Positions 48,999 to 57,108 of a DNA stretch of 64,000 nucleotides are shown here, in pieces. Location: positions 3,392 through 67,391 of the forward strand of contig LBSX01000001.1 of assembly GCA_000990355.1 (NCBI GenBank), in the 5' to 3' direction. The translations under genes and the position numbers were made by a program. The DNA comes from Candidatus Magasanikbacteria bacterium GW2011_GWC2_37_14 (GTDB lineage Bacteria; Patescibacteriota; Patescibacteriia; Magasanikbacterales; UBA922). Position 1 is the first letter of the stretch; each line of letters begins with the position of its first letter. The notes beneath the pieces were generated by a model. It was not told where the DNA came from. It did not search any database and was given only the letters and a program-made list of their open reading frames with translations.

Positions 48999-49136
48999 AT
49001 GATCTATTGCGCCGTGTTCCTAACCGAAAACAACGAACTAACCCTCAACCCTACTGGAACCAACTGGGAGGCGGTAGGCATCGCCACCATAGGATACGAG
49101 GGCCTCACGCGCTTCATCGCCTTCGGCCAGGGCTAA
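48999..49136 (+). CDS. 45-aa GC3-rich small protein (cassette C), not in ORF track
   Basis: MIYCAVFLTENNELTLNPTGTNWEAVGIATIGYEGLTRFIAFGQG*; GAGG upstream; most codons end in C/G. Confidence 0.65.
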   Translation: MIYCAVFLTENNELTLNPTGTNWEAVGIATIGYEGLTRFIAFGQG

Positions 49137-49160
49137 TCAGCCCAGCCTCGCTCCTTCCCC

Positions 49161-49270
49161 CGCCCACTTCCGGGCACACCCAAGCAAAAATGGGTGACAA
49201 AAAACCGCCACCCTGCTCAGTTTATTAAATCTAATAATTTGAACAAGGAGAAGAGGCGGTTTTTTGTTTG
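49161..49270 (+). repeat. ~108-bp 3' module of cassette C (copy 2) ending in terminator-like hairpin
   Basis: cgcccacttccgggcacacccaagcaaaaatgggtg..aaccgcc..ggcggtttttt. Confidence 0.9.
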
Positions 49271-49271
49271 T

Positions 49272-49377
49272 TTCCCTCCCCTACAAGGGGAGGGTTAGCC
49301 TGCCTGCCGGTAGGCAGGGGTGGGGTCTGGCAAACAGCGAAACCTCCTCCTCGCCTCCCCCTTATAGGGGGAGGAAA
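49272..49377. repeat. Empty paired element of the DUF559-associated hairpin family
   Basis: tccctcccctacaaggggaggg...ggggtggggt..acctcctcctc..cctcccccttatagggggagg. Confidence 0.75.
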
Positions 49378-49381
49378 ATTG

Positions 49382-49726
49382 TTATCCCTGATATTCTTTT
49401 TCACCACGCAAAACTTTTTTATCTTTGGCGCGCATTTTTTCTTTCATTTTTTCTAGTTCTACTTTTAAATGATCTTTTACTTTGTCAATCGCTTTGTACA
49501 AATCTGGTTCTTCTTTTACCACACGCAATAATTTTCCAGGTACTGCCAAATTTACTTCGGCATAAAAAATATCGCCTTTTTGATGATGATGCGAAGTCAT
49601 GCCCACATCAATATCCGCACTTTGAATATTGTCAAAAAATTTTTCTAAAGTACTAATTTTTTCTTCGGCATAATTTTTTATAGCTTCAGTTAATTCAATG
49701 TTTGTACCTTTAATATTTATATTCAT
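49382..49726 (-). CDS. hpf: Ribosome hibernation promoting factor (RaiA/HPF)
   Basis: MNINIKGTNIELTEAIKNYAEEKI..DLYKAID. Confidence 0.92.
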   Translation of the reverse strand: MNINIKGTNIELTEAIKNYAEEKISTLEKFFDNIQSADIDVGMTSHHHQKGDIFYAEVNLAVPGKLLRVVKEEPDLYKAIDKVKDHLKVELEKMKEKMRAKDKKVLRGEKEYQG

Positions 49727-49736
49727 AAATTTTATT

Positions 49737-50675
49737 TTAATTAATTATTTCCACTTCGGGAATTAATTCAACCCCAAATTTATTATATACTTTTTCCTTT
49801 AGAGTTTCAATTAAAGTCAAGATGTCTGTTTGGGTGGCATTCTTATAATTAATAATAAAATTACCATGCTCATCGGAGATCTTGGCGCCACCTACAGCAA
49901 AGCCTTTCATGTCTAATTGTTCTACTAGCCAACCAATTGGTACTTTTTTACGCTCCACAAATATTTCGGGCAATGCTTTTAAATCTCCTGGCCACTTGGC
50001 AATGTCTATATTTTGAAAAAAACTTCCGGCCGATGGATATGCTGGGTAGCGCCCACTGCGCTGTTTTAAATATCCAGTCATGGCAGTCATAATAGTTTGT
50101 TTTTCTGCCGGTACCAATTTAAAATAAGCTTTTAAAATTACTCCCCCTTTATTTTTTATACAACTGTCGCGATAAGAAAATTTCAATTCTTCTTTGGTCA
50201 TTTCAATTACTTCTCCATCTTGCCACATTTCTATCTTTTCCAAACAATTGGCAGCTTCTCGGCCCATAGCACCAGCATTACCGCGCACGGCTCCACCAAC
50301 TGTTCCCGGAATCCCTACGCCCCATTCCAAACCCGATAAACTATTTTTTGAGGCTTCAACAACAATTTTTGATAATAAAACCCCAGCCTCGGCCATAATA
50401 ATATTATTTTCCGTAATTAATTTTCTAGTTCTTACTTTAATTACCACTCCTTTAAAACCCTGATCATTAAAAAGCATGTTACTACCACCACCCAAAATAA
50501 AATAATCAATTCCAGCGCCATTTACAAAATTCAAAAGCTCAATTAATTTTTGATTATCGATAATTTCTATAAAAAAATCCGCCGGCCCGCCAATTTTAAA
50601 AGTGGTGTGCTTGGCCAGCGACTCATTTATTTTTACATGACCAAATTCCTTTAATTGTTTGTATAATTCCTGCAT
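49737..50675 (-). CDS. murB: UDP-N-acetylenolpyruvoylglucosamine reductase
   Basis: HTTFKIGGPA, GGGSN, GIPGTVGGAVRGNAGA, SAGSFF, HGNFIIN. Confidence 0.96.
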   Translation of the reverse strand: MQELYKQLKEFGHVKINESLAKHTTFKIGGPADFFIEIIDNQKLIELLNFVNGAGIDYFILGGGSNMLFNDQGFKGVVIKVRTRKLITENNIIMAEAGVLLSKIVVEASKNSLSGLEWGVGIPGTVGGAVRGNAGAMGREAANCLEKIEMWQDGEVIEMTKEELKFSYRDSCIKNKGGVILKAYFKLVPAEKQTIMTAMTGYLKQRSGRYPAYPSAGSFFQNIDIAKWPGDLKALPEIFVERKKVPIGWLVEQLDMKGFAVGGAKISDEHGNFIINYKNATQTDILTLIETLKEKVYNKFGVELIPEVEIIN

Positions 50676-50716
50676 AATTGATTTTTTTCTGGATTTTTAA
50701 TATAATTACCCTCGTT

Positions 50717-52663
50717 ATGTTGAACTTAACAGACAACCCAACTATCTACGTAACCCGCGATATTGAACGCGCACTCGGAATTCCGGTTAACACCAAGGGT
50801 TATTTTATTATCTCAAATTATTCCGACTTTGCCAAGAGTTATAAAAAAAATAGAAATATACTTTTGATTAAAGCAAAGCCCCGTACCGACCGAGGGTCTG
50901 GTACTGGGGAAAAAGAACAATTAGATACATGGGAGTTGTTGCAAAATAAAAAAGTAAAAAAGTTTATTGGCACACTGTCATCCCGAGCACACCCCGCAAA
51001 TGCGGGGGAAGCCGAGGGATCCCTTAAACAAAGTAAAAGGGATTCCTCCACGGGAGCCTGCCCCGAGCGGACTAGCCGAGGGGGTCGGAATGACACACAC
51101 GCCAAAATCCTAGTTTTTAAAAACACTCTACAAATAGAAAAAACCTGTGCCGAAAACGGTTGGGAATTATTAAATCCACCAGCAAAAATTTCCAATGCAG
51201 TAGAAGAAAAAATTTCGCAAATTACTTGGCTTGGACCATTAAAAAAATATTTACCCAAATACCAAGTTTTAAAATGCAAAGATATTGATCTAGAAAAAGA
51301 ATCGCAGAGGAATTATTTTTCCGAAGTGAGGACCAAGCAGAGCGAACCCGCAACGAGGGAAAATAATTCCTCGAAATTCTTTAAACCATTTATCTTACAA
51401 TTTAATCGTTCACATACTGGTAACGGAACATTTTTAATTACTAATGAACAACAATTAGTGGAATTGCAACAAAAATTTCCTGAACGAGAAGTACGAATTG
51501 CCGAATATATTCCCGGTCCGCTTTTTACCAACAATAATGTGGTAACCAAAAATGCTATTTTGCTTGGCAACCTAAATTATCAAATCACTGGTCTTAAACC
51601 TTTTACAGATTTATCTCTTTCTACCATTGGTAATGATTGGGCTCTGCCACACAAAATTTTGAACAAAAAACAAATTGCCGAGTACAATAAAATTGCCAAT
51701 GAGGTTGGTTTACGCTTGCAAAAAGCAGGATGGTGCGGACTTTTTGGGATTGATGTAGTACAAAACGAACATACTAAAAAATTATACTTACTAGAAATTA
51801 ATTGTCGACAGCCCGCAAGTACGACTTATGAATCACAGTTGCAACTCTCTGTCATCCCGAGCGAAGTAAAACGAAGTCGAGGGATCCCTTACACAACAAC
51901 CAAGGGATTCCTCCACTCGTCGCGAGACTCGGTCGGAATGACAGATGAGGTTACTACTTTTGAAGCACATTTACTTTCGTTAACAAATTTTGATTTAAAA
52001 AACAAAAAATTAATAAAAATAAATAATGGTGCACAAATAATTCAACGCGTTACGCAACACACGCCGGTAATTAATATTCCGAAAATTACCAAAAAACAAT
52101 TCTTTAATTACTTTGTTTACAACAACAGCAAAGACAATGCCGACTTGCTTCGTTTACAAACCACTGTTGGCATAATGAAAGAACACAACATATTAAATGA
52201 TTATGGAAGAATTCTGCAATACTTTGTAATTGGCGCGAAAGATGGCAAACCCTGGTGTGCTGACCGAGCGGCGGGAATAATTATTAAGGACAATAAAATC
52301 TTAGTAATAAAAAGGAATAAATATGGTGAAGAATTTTATATTTTTCCCGGAGGAACTGTGGAAAAAGGAGAAAAACTAAAAGAAACAGCAATTAGAGAAA
52401 TAAAAGAAGAAACCAATTTAACCTGTACTCTACAAAAAACAAAGCCACTATTTTACGAAGATAAAATTGATGGCAAAAAAATCTATCACTATTTTATCGA
52501 TAAATGTACTGGAACTGCTAAAATCAAAAGCAATTCCGAAGAATTTATCCGTAACAAAGAAGGCAATACTTATGAATTGGTCTGGATTGATTTGTTAGAA
52601 TTAAAAAATATTGAATTACACCCAATTGAAATTAAAAAAGAATTATTAAAAAAATATGTCTAG
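50717..52663 (+). CDS. ATP-grasp domain protein fused to C-terminal NUDIX hydrolase, with repeat-derived inserts
   Basis: HTGNGT, EYIPG, GLFGIDVV..LLEINCR; Nudix box GGTVEKGEKLKETAIREIKEETNL; start probably 50717. Confidence 0.8.
   Translation: MLNLTDNPTIYVTRDIERALGIPVNTKGYFIISNYSDFAKSYKKNRNILLIKAKPRTDRGSGTGEKEQLDTWELLQNKKVKKFIGTLSSRAHPANAGEAEGSLKQSKRDSSTGACPERTSRGGRNDTHAKILVFKNTLQIEKTCAENGWELLNPPAKISNAVEEKISQITWLGPLKKYLPKYQVLKCKDIDLEKESQRNYFSEVRTKQSEPATRENNSSKFFKPFILQFNRSHTGNGTFLITNEQQLVELQQKFPEREVRIAEYIPGPLFTNNNVVTKNAILLGNLNYQITGLKPFTDLSLSTIGNDWALPHKILNKKQIAEYNKIANEVGLRLQKAGWCGLFGIDVVQNEHTKKLYLLEINCRQPASTTYESQLQLSVIPSEVKRSRGIPYTTTKGFLHSSRDSVGMTDEVTTFEAHLLSLTNFDLKNKKLIKINNGAQIIQRVTQHTPVINIPKITKKQFFNYFVYNNSKDNADLLRLQTTVGIMKEHNILNDYGRILQYFVIGAKDGKPWCADRAAGIIIKDNKILVIKRNKYGEEFYIFPGGTVEKGEKLKETAIREIKEETNLTCTLQKTKPLFYEDKIDGKKIYHYFIDKCTGTAKIKSNSEEFIRNKEGNTYELVWIDLLELKNIELHPIEIKKELLKKYV
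50976..51095. repeat. In-frame GTCAT...ATGAC palindromic element
   Basis: tgtcatcccgag...gtcggaatgaca within ATP-grasp CDS. Confidence 0.85.
51850..51943. repeat. In-frame GTCAT...ATGAC palindromic element
   Basis: tgtcatcccgagcgaag...ggtcggaatgaca. Confidence 0.85.
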
Positions 52664-53390
52664 TTTGTCTACTCAAGCTCTGGAAGTTATTCAAAATTAT
52701 CTTCACCTCCCCTTTCCTGGGCATAATATTTCTTGCCCTTATTTTAACAACCGCCGGGCCCGACTTCGTGGAGGTTTGCGGGCATTAATTGGCAAAGGTA
52801 GTCCCGCAGATATTGTGGAAGAAGCAACCATAATTTCCTTGCGTGAAAAAATTAATTTAAACAAAATAACTGACGAAGAATTAAAAAAGTTTTTAATTGA
52901 TAAAAAAATTGGCATTGATTGTTCGGGCTTGGTTTACCACATTCTTGATGCCGAAATGAAAGCACAAGGCAAAGGATCTTTACAAAAAATTCTTAAACGT
53001 CCGTGGTTTAAAAATCCCATTAGAAAATTATTAGTAAAATTACGACCAATTGAAAATACTGGTGTGGGAACTTTTAATCATGAAATAAACAGCATGGAAA
53101 TAAATTTAAAAGACCTTGCTCCAGGTGATTTGATTATTATTATGGGTGCTGGGGTAAAACAGGATTATAACCACATATTACTCATAAATCAGATAGCAGA
53201 TAACAAAATTCAATATACTCACTCGTTTCAGTATCCAAATGATGGCCTTTATAATCATGGTGTACGACAAGAAACAATCACTATTACCGATCCTAACAAA
53301 TCTTTGTTAGACCAAACCTGGTCCGAACCGCAAATGCAGGATTACGCGAAAAAAGCCAAGGAATGTAAAATTGCAAGACTTAGGACATAA
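52656..53390 (+). CDS. NlpC/P60-like cysteine peptidase (putative)
   Basis: GIDCSGLVY, PGDLI..H. Confidence 0.65.
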   Translation: MSSLSTQALEVIQNYLHLPFPGHNISCPYFNNRRARLRGGLRALIGKGSPADIVEEATIISLREKINLNKITDEELKKFLIDKKIGIDCSGLVYHILDAEMKAQGKGSLQKILKRPWFKNPIRKLLVKLRPIENTGVGTFNHEINSMEINLKDLAPGDLIIIMGAGVKQDYNHILLINQIADNKIQYTHSFQYPNDGLYNHGVRQETITITDPNKSLLDQTWSEPQMQDYAKKAKECKIARLRT

Positions 53391-53401
53391 GATTTATGAC
53401 A

Positions 53402-53433
53402 TAAAACCCTGTACCGTTCTGGTACAGGGTTTT
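53402..53433. terminator. Bidirectional terminator
   Basis: aaaaccctgtacc-gttct-ggtacagggtttt. Confidence 0.75.
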
Positions 53434-53563
53434 AATATTTTCAAGACCCAATCTTAATTAACAAATAATTACTAATTAAGATTGCTGGGGCCTTGAACGA
53501 CCACCAGCCAGAGGCGGGTTGGTCGAGGGATAAGAAAGAACGGAGGGAAGGAACAGACGCTAT

Positions 53564-54151
53564 CTAGCCGCTGGTGGGCCAGAGGCGCTTGTTGGTGGCG
53601 ATGGCCATGTCGTAATTGGCGGTGATCTGGAAGACCTTGTGGGCCATGAGCTTCTGGAAATGCAATCTCATGGTGGCATGACCACCCACTTCCAAGAACA
53701 GGGTGTAGTCGGTCGGGTCGCAGAGGACAGTGACCGACTTGTGGTTCTTGGCCCCAGCGCGCAACATGGCGGGGCCACCGATGTCGATGTTCTCGACCAG
53801 TTCGTCGCGCGTGACGTCGGGGTTGGCCGCCACCAGCTCGAAAGGGTAGAGGTTCACGACAACCAGATCGATACCCTGGATGCCGTGCTTCTCCAGGAAG
53901 TTCAGGTGTACCCGGTTGTCGCGCTTGTAGAGGATGCCCGCATGGATCTGCGGGCAGAGGGTTTTTACCCTACCATCCAGACCCTCGGGGAAGCCCGTGA
54001 CCTCGGCCACGTCGGTGACCGCGATGTCCTGCTCACGCAGGAACTTGGCGGTACCGCCCGTACTGAGGATCTCCCAGCCGAAGTCCACCAAGGCCTTGGC
54101 CAGTTCCACTACACCGGTCTTGTCGAACACACTGATCAACGCTCGGGGCAT
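53564..54151 (-). CDS. purH: GC-rich stand-alone IMP cyclohydrolase (MGS-like) N-terminal domain of PurH (cassette D)
   Basis: RALISVFDKTG, STGGTA, GRVKTL, IDLVVVNLYPF, ENIDIGGPAMLR; AGGAGG 5 nt before ATG 54151; no transformylase domain. Confidence 0.85.
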   Translation of the reverse strand: MPRALISVFDKTGVVELAKALVDFGWEILSTGGTAKFLREQDIAVTDVAEVTGFPEGLDGRVKTLCPQIHAGILYKRDNRVHLNFLEKHGIQGIDLVVVNLYPFELVAANPDVTRDELVENIDIGGPAMLRAGAKNHKSVTVLCDPTDYTLFLEVGGHATMRLHFQKLMAHKVFQITANYDMAIATNKRLWPTSG

Positions 54152-54288
54152 GGGCACCTCCTGATTACTGGCTAAACCGGAAAGACGTTAATTTCAATTT
54201 AACACAAATAATGCAAATTAGCAAGAGTGTGATGTTTCGATACAAAAACTTGATTTTTTATTGATTTTTTGCTAAGCTATACGGGCTT

Positions 54289-55410
54289 ATGAATGTACCG
54301 CTAGAGACAATCAACGAGCTTAAAACTGCCATTAGCTTTGGTATTTTTTCGTGTATTATTGCTTTTCTTTGGGCACCTGCCTTAACCAAAATTTTATACA
54401 AATTTAAACTTACTCGCCAAGCCGAATACGACGCTACCATGGGCGTGACTAGTAAGGCTGGCACCCCAATTATGGGCGGGCTCTTGGTAATTATTACCGT
54501 AGCTTTAATTACCATTTTATTTAACTGGGAAAGAAAATTTACTTGGGTGCCAATTGGCGTAATGTTGCTTTCTGCGCTCTTGGGTGGCATTGATGATGTA
54601 ATGCACATTTACGGCCACGAAAGACGCAACCGCAAGTTAAAACAAATTTTTACGCTTATTCGTGTTCATTCTGATCGGAAATACCGTGTTTGGCTAGTTA
54701 TTACTTTACCTTGGTCAATTTTTAAACGCTTGGCTTTGATTTTGGGTTCTCATCCTGGCAAAGGCGTACATGTTCACGAAAAATTATTATTACAATTTGC
54801 CGCCGGCGGGATTACTGCTTGGTGGGTTTATTTCAAATTAGGCGAACACTGGCAATTAATTAGTGTGCCTTTTGATGGACTTGTAAATATTGGTTTTTGG
54901 ATAATTCCTTTAATTATTTTTTTTGTAATGTTTACTGCCAATGCCGTAAATGTAGCCGATGGTATGGATGGCTTGGCCGGCGGATCACTTATTCTTACTT
55001 TTTCCACGCTTACAATTTTAAGCTGGCTTACCGGGTATCAAGAAATTACTCTTTTAAATGCTACTGCGTCGGGCGCTTTAATTACTTATACTTATTTCAA
55101 TGTTAAACCCGCACGCTTTCAAATGGGCGATGTTGGTTCACTAGGTTTGGGTGCGCTCTTGGCAATTAATACGATTGTCATGAACAAAATGCTCTTACTC
55201 CCCTTTTTGGCTTTTATTTTTTACGTAGAATTATTTAGCGTAATTATTCAAATTATTGGTCGCTATACTTTGGGCCGAAGAATTTTTAAAATGGCGCCAC
55301 TACACCATCATTTTGAATTAAAAGGTTGGAGTGAAGAAAAAACTGTAATGCGTTTTTGGATTGCTCATGGCGCCATGGTGCTTTTGGGATTGTGGATTGC
55401 TTTGTACTAA
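54289..55410 (+). CDS. mraY: Phospho-N-acetylmuramoyl-pentapeptide transferase
   Basis: KAGTPIMGG, GGIDD, NAVNVADGMDGLA, MGDVGS, MAPLHHHFEL. Confidence 0.93.
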   Translation: MNVPLETINELKTAISFGIFSCIIAFLWAPALTKILYKFKLTRQAEYDATMGVTSKAGTPIMGGLLVIITVALITILFNWERKFTWVPIGVMLLSALLGGIDDVMHIYGHERRNRKLKQIFTLIRVHSDRKYRVWLVITLPWSIFKRLALILGSHPGKGVHVHEKLLLQFAAGGITAWWVYFKLGEHWQLISVPFDGLVNIGFWIIPLIIFFVMFTANAVNVADGMDGLAGGSLILTFSTLTILSWLTGYQEITLLNATASGALITYTYFNVKPARFQMGDVGSLGLGALLAINTIVMNKMLLLPFLAFIFYVELFSVIIQIIGRYTLGRRIFKMAPLHHHFELKGWSEEKTVMRFWIAHGAMVLLGLWIALY

Positions 55411-55526
55411 TGATCAATAATCAATTTTCAATTTACAATAAATAACCAATTTCCAATTACCAAACACACTTGAAAATTGGTTTATTGAAAATTTACTGAA
55501 AATTGTAAATTGATAATTGAAAATTA
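55411..55526. repeat. Inverted pair of ~7-nt degenerate tandem repeats
   Basis: tcaataatcaattttcaatttacaat... / ...ttgaaaattgtaaattgataattgaaaatt. Confidence 0.7.
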
Positions 55527-55529
55527 TTT

Positions 55530-56321
55530 ATGTATCTAAACTGGAACGCACTTACAATTGATGTATTTTCAGATAATAAAATCAACTCTCTTTACAACGA
55601 GGGTTATCTTTTTACCCGCACAGGCAAAGGTGATATGTACCAGACGCGAAGTATTCGCATTGATTTAAGTAAGTTTGAATTGAGTAGTGAAAATAAACGA
55701 GTGTTGAAAAAGACTGAGGACATAGGATTTAAAGTATATGATATTCCATACGAAAAATATGATTGGTCAATTGGCAAAATGGCCAAGGATTTTTATGAAA
55801 CAAGGTTTGGTAGAGGAACGCCTGCACTGAACCGAGCCAAAGGCTCTGGTTTAGTGTTTTCGGCAAATAAAATAAAAGAATTATTAACAACTAAACATAA
55901 TTTTAATAAGTTATTTGTTTACAGTCTGTCATTGCGAGAAGCCCCCGAGGGCGACGAAGCAATCCCCAGTAAGAATGGGATTGCCACGCCCTCCACTTCG
56001 TTACGGGCTCGCAATGACAGTGTCGGCTACGTAATCTGTCACGAAACAAACGAACTACTTCACTACTCTTACCCATTTTATAACTTAGATCTTAAATCCT
56101 ATGTCTTAAGTCCTAACACGGGCATGGGTATGATGCTCCAAGCAATTATCTACGCTCAAAAACAAGGCAAAAAATATGTTTATCTAGGTTCTGCCAAAGA
56201 CGCCAAAGCGAAATACAAATTACAATTTGCAGGACTAGAATGGTTTGATGGAAAAACTTGGCAAACAGATTTGGAAGAATTGAAACAGCAAATTATGCAA
56301 AATAAGCAACAAGCAGATTAA
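55530..56321 (+). CDS. Aminoacyl-tRNA-dependent transferase-like (ATE/Bpt, GNAT fold) protein
   Basis: RIDLSKF..SENKRVLKK; YSYPFY..GMGMMLQAI..GKKYVYLG..YKLQF..LEWF. Confidence 0.65.
   Translation: MYLNWNALTIDVFSDNKINSLYNEGYLFTRTGKGDMYQTRSIRIDLSKFELSSENKRVLKKTEDIGFKVYDIPYEKYDWSIGKMAKDFYETRFGRGTPALNRAKGSGLVFSANKIKELLTTKHNFNKLFVYSLSLREAPEGDEAIPSKNGIATPSTSLRARNDSVGYVICHETNELLHYSYPFYNLDLKSYVLSPNTGMGMMLQAIIYAQKQGKKYVYLGSAKDAKAKYKLQFAGLEWFDGKTWQTDLEELKQQIMQNKQQAD
55927..56019. repeat. In-frame GTCATTGCGAG...CTCGCAATGAC palindromic element
   Basis: Encodes SLREAPEGDEAIP..GIATP..RARND. Confidence 0.85.
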
Positions 56322-56328
56322 GTATTTT

Positions 56329-56706
56329 ATGACAGTAATAAAAACTTTTAAAGAATTACTAGTCTGGCAAAAATCACATCAGCTAACTTTAATAATTTAT
56401 AAAATAACCAATGATTATCCAAAATACGAAATATTTGCTTTAACAAGTCAAACAAGACGAGCTTCCTCCTCAATACCTGCAAACATAGTTGAAGGTTTTA
56501 GAAGACAAAGTCTAAAAGATAGCATAAACTTTTACAATACTGCTGATGCTTCTCTAGAAGAATTAAAATATCATTTACTACTAGCAAAAGACTTAAATTA
56601 TATTAGTATTGAACGATATAACTACGTTCTTGAAAAAGCAGAAGAAGTTGGCAAATTACTTACTGGATGGTTACAAAGTCAAAGAAAATTTTTAAATACT
56701 AAATAA
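56329..56706 (+). CDS. Four-helix-bundle protein (23S rRNA IVP / Avd-like family)
   Basis: FKELLVWQKSH..P.YEIFALTSQTRRASSSIPANIVEG. Confidence 0.9.
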   Translation: MTVIKTFKELLVWQKSHQLTLIIYKITNDYPKYEIFALTSQTRRASSSIPANIVEGFRRQSLKDSINFYNTADASLEELKYHLLLAKDLNYISIERYNYVLEKAEEVGKLLTGWLQSQRKFLNTK

Positions 56707-56712
56707 TCTGAT

Positions 56713-57075
56713 ATGGAGTCATTTGAAGAATTTTTAAAAAGAAAAGGAAACAAATTAATAAAAATGAAAGATATTAGCCGAAAAGGATATTATTATTTTC
56801 AAAGAGAAGCTTTAACATACATGCAACAGTTTAATCTCAAAGAAAAATATTATATTCTTGAGAGATTAAAAATTGTTAAAATGGAAGGTGAAATTACTAA
56901 CAAAAATAATAAAATTGGTAATGTCGAATATCGTATAGGTTATTATATTATAGGAAAAATAAGAAAAGCAAAAGACCGCTGGATTTGGGGACAATTTTGT
57001 CCAATGATTCCATCTAGTGATTTCACAAAATTAATTAAAAAAGCAAAAAAAGAAAAGACTATAATCAATACTTAA
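56713..57075 (+). CDS. Hypothetical basic protein
   Basis: 120-aa ORF in operon orientation; EYRIGYY..WIWGQFCPMIP. Confidence 0.65.
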   Translation: MESFEEFLKRKGNKLIKMKDISRKGYYYFQREALTYMQQFNLKEKYYILERLKIVKMEGEITNKNNKIGNVEYRIGYYIIGKIRKAKDRWIWGQFCPMIPSSDFTKLIKKAKKEKTIINT

Positions 57076-57108
57076 TCTGCTTATTCTGCTTACAAACTTA
57101 TTCTACTT

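Noticed and set aside
48968-49228. 86-aa track ORF, or tmRNA/6S/RNase P RNA
   Set aside because: Its start overlaps the -10 box; no recognisable signatures of these RNAs; the 45-aa frame has better codon bias
53639-54175. Plus-strand 178-aa and 76-aa ORFs
   Set aside because: Antisense shadows of the GC-rich purH-domain gene
56329-56706. Diversity-generating retroelement or 23S rRNA intervening sequence
   Set aside because: No reverse transcriptase, no TR/VR pair with adenine-specific mismatches and no rRNA in the window
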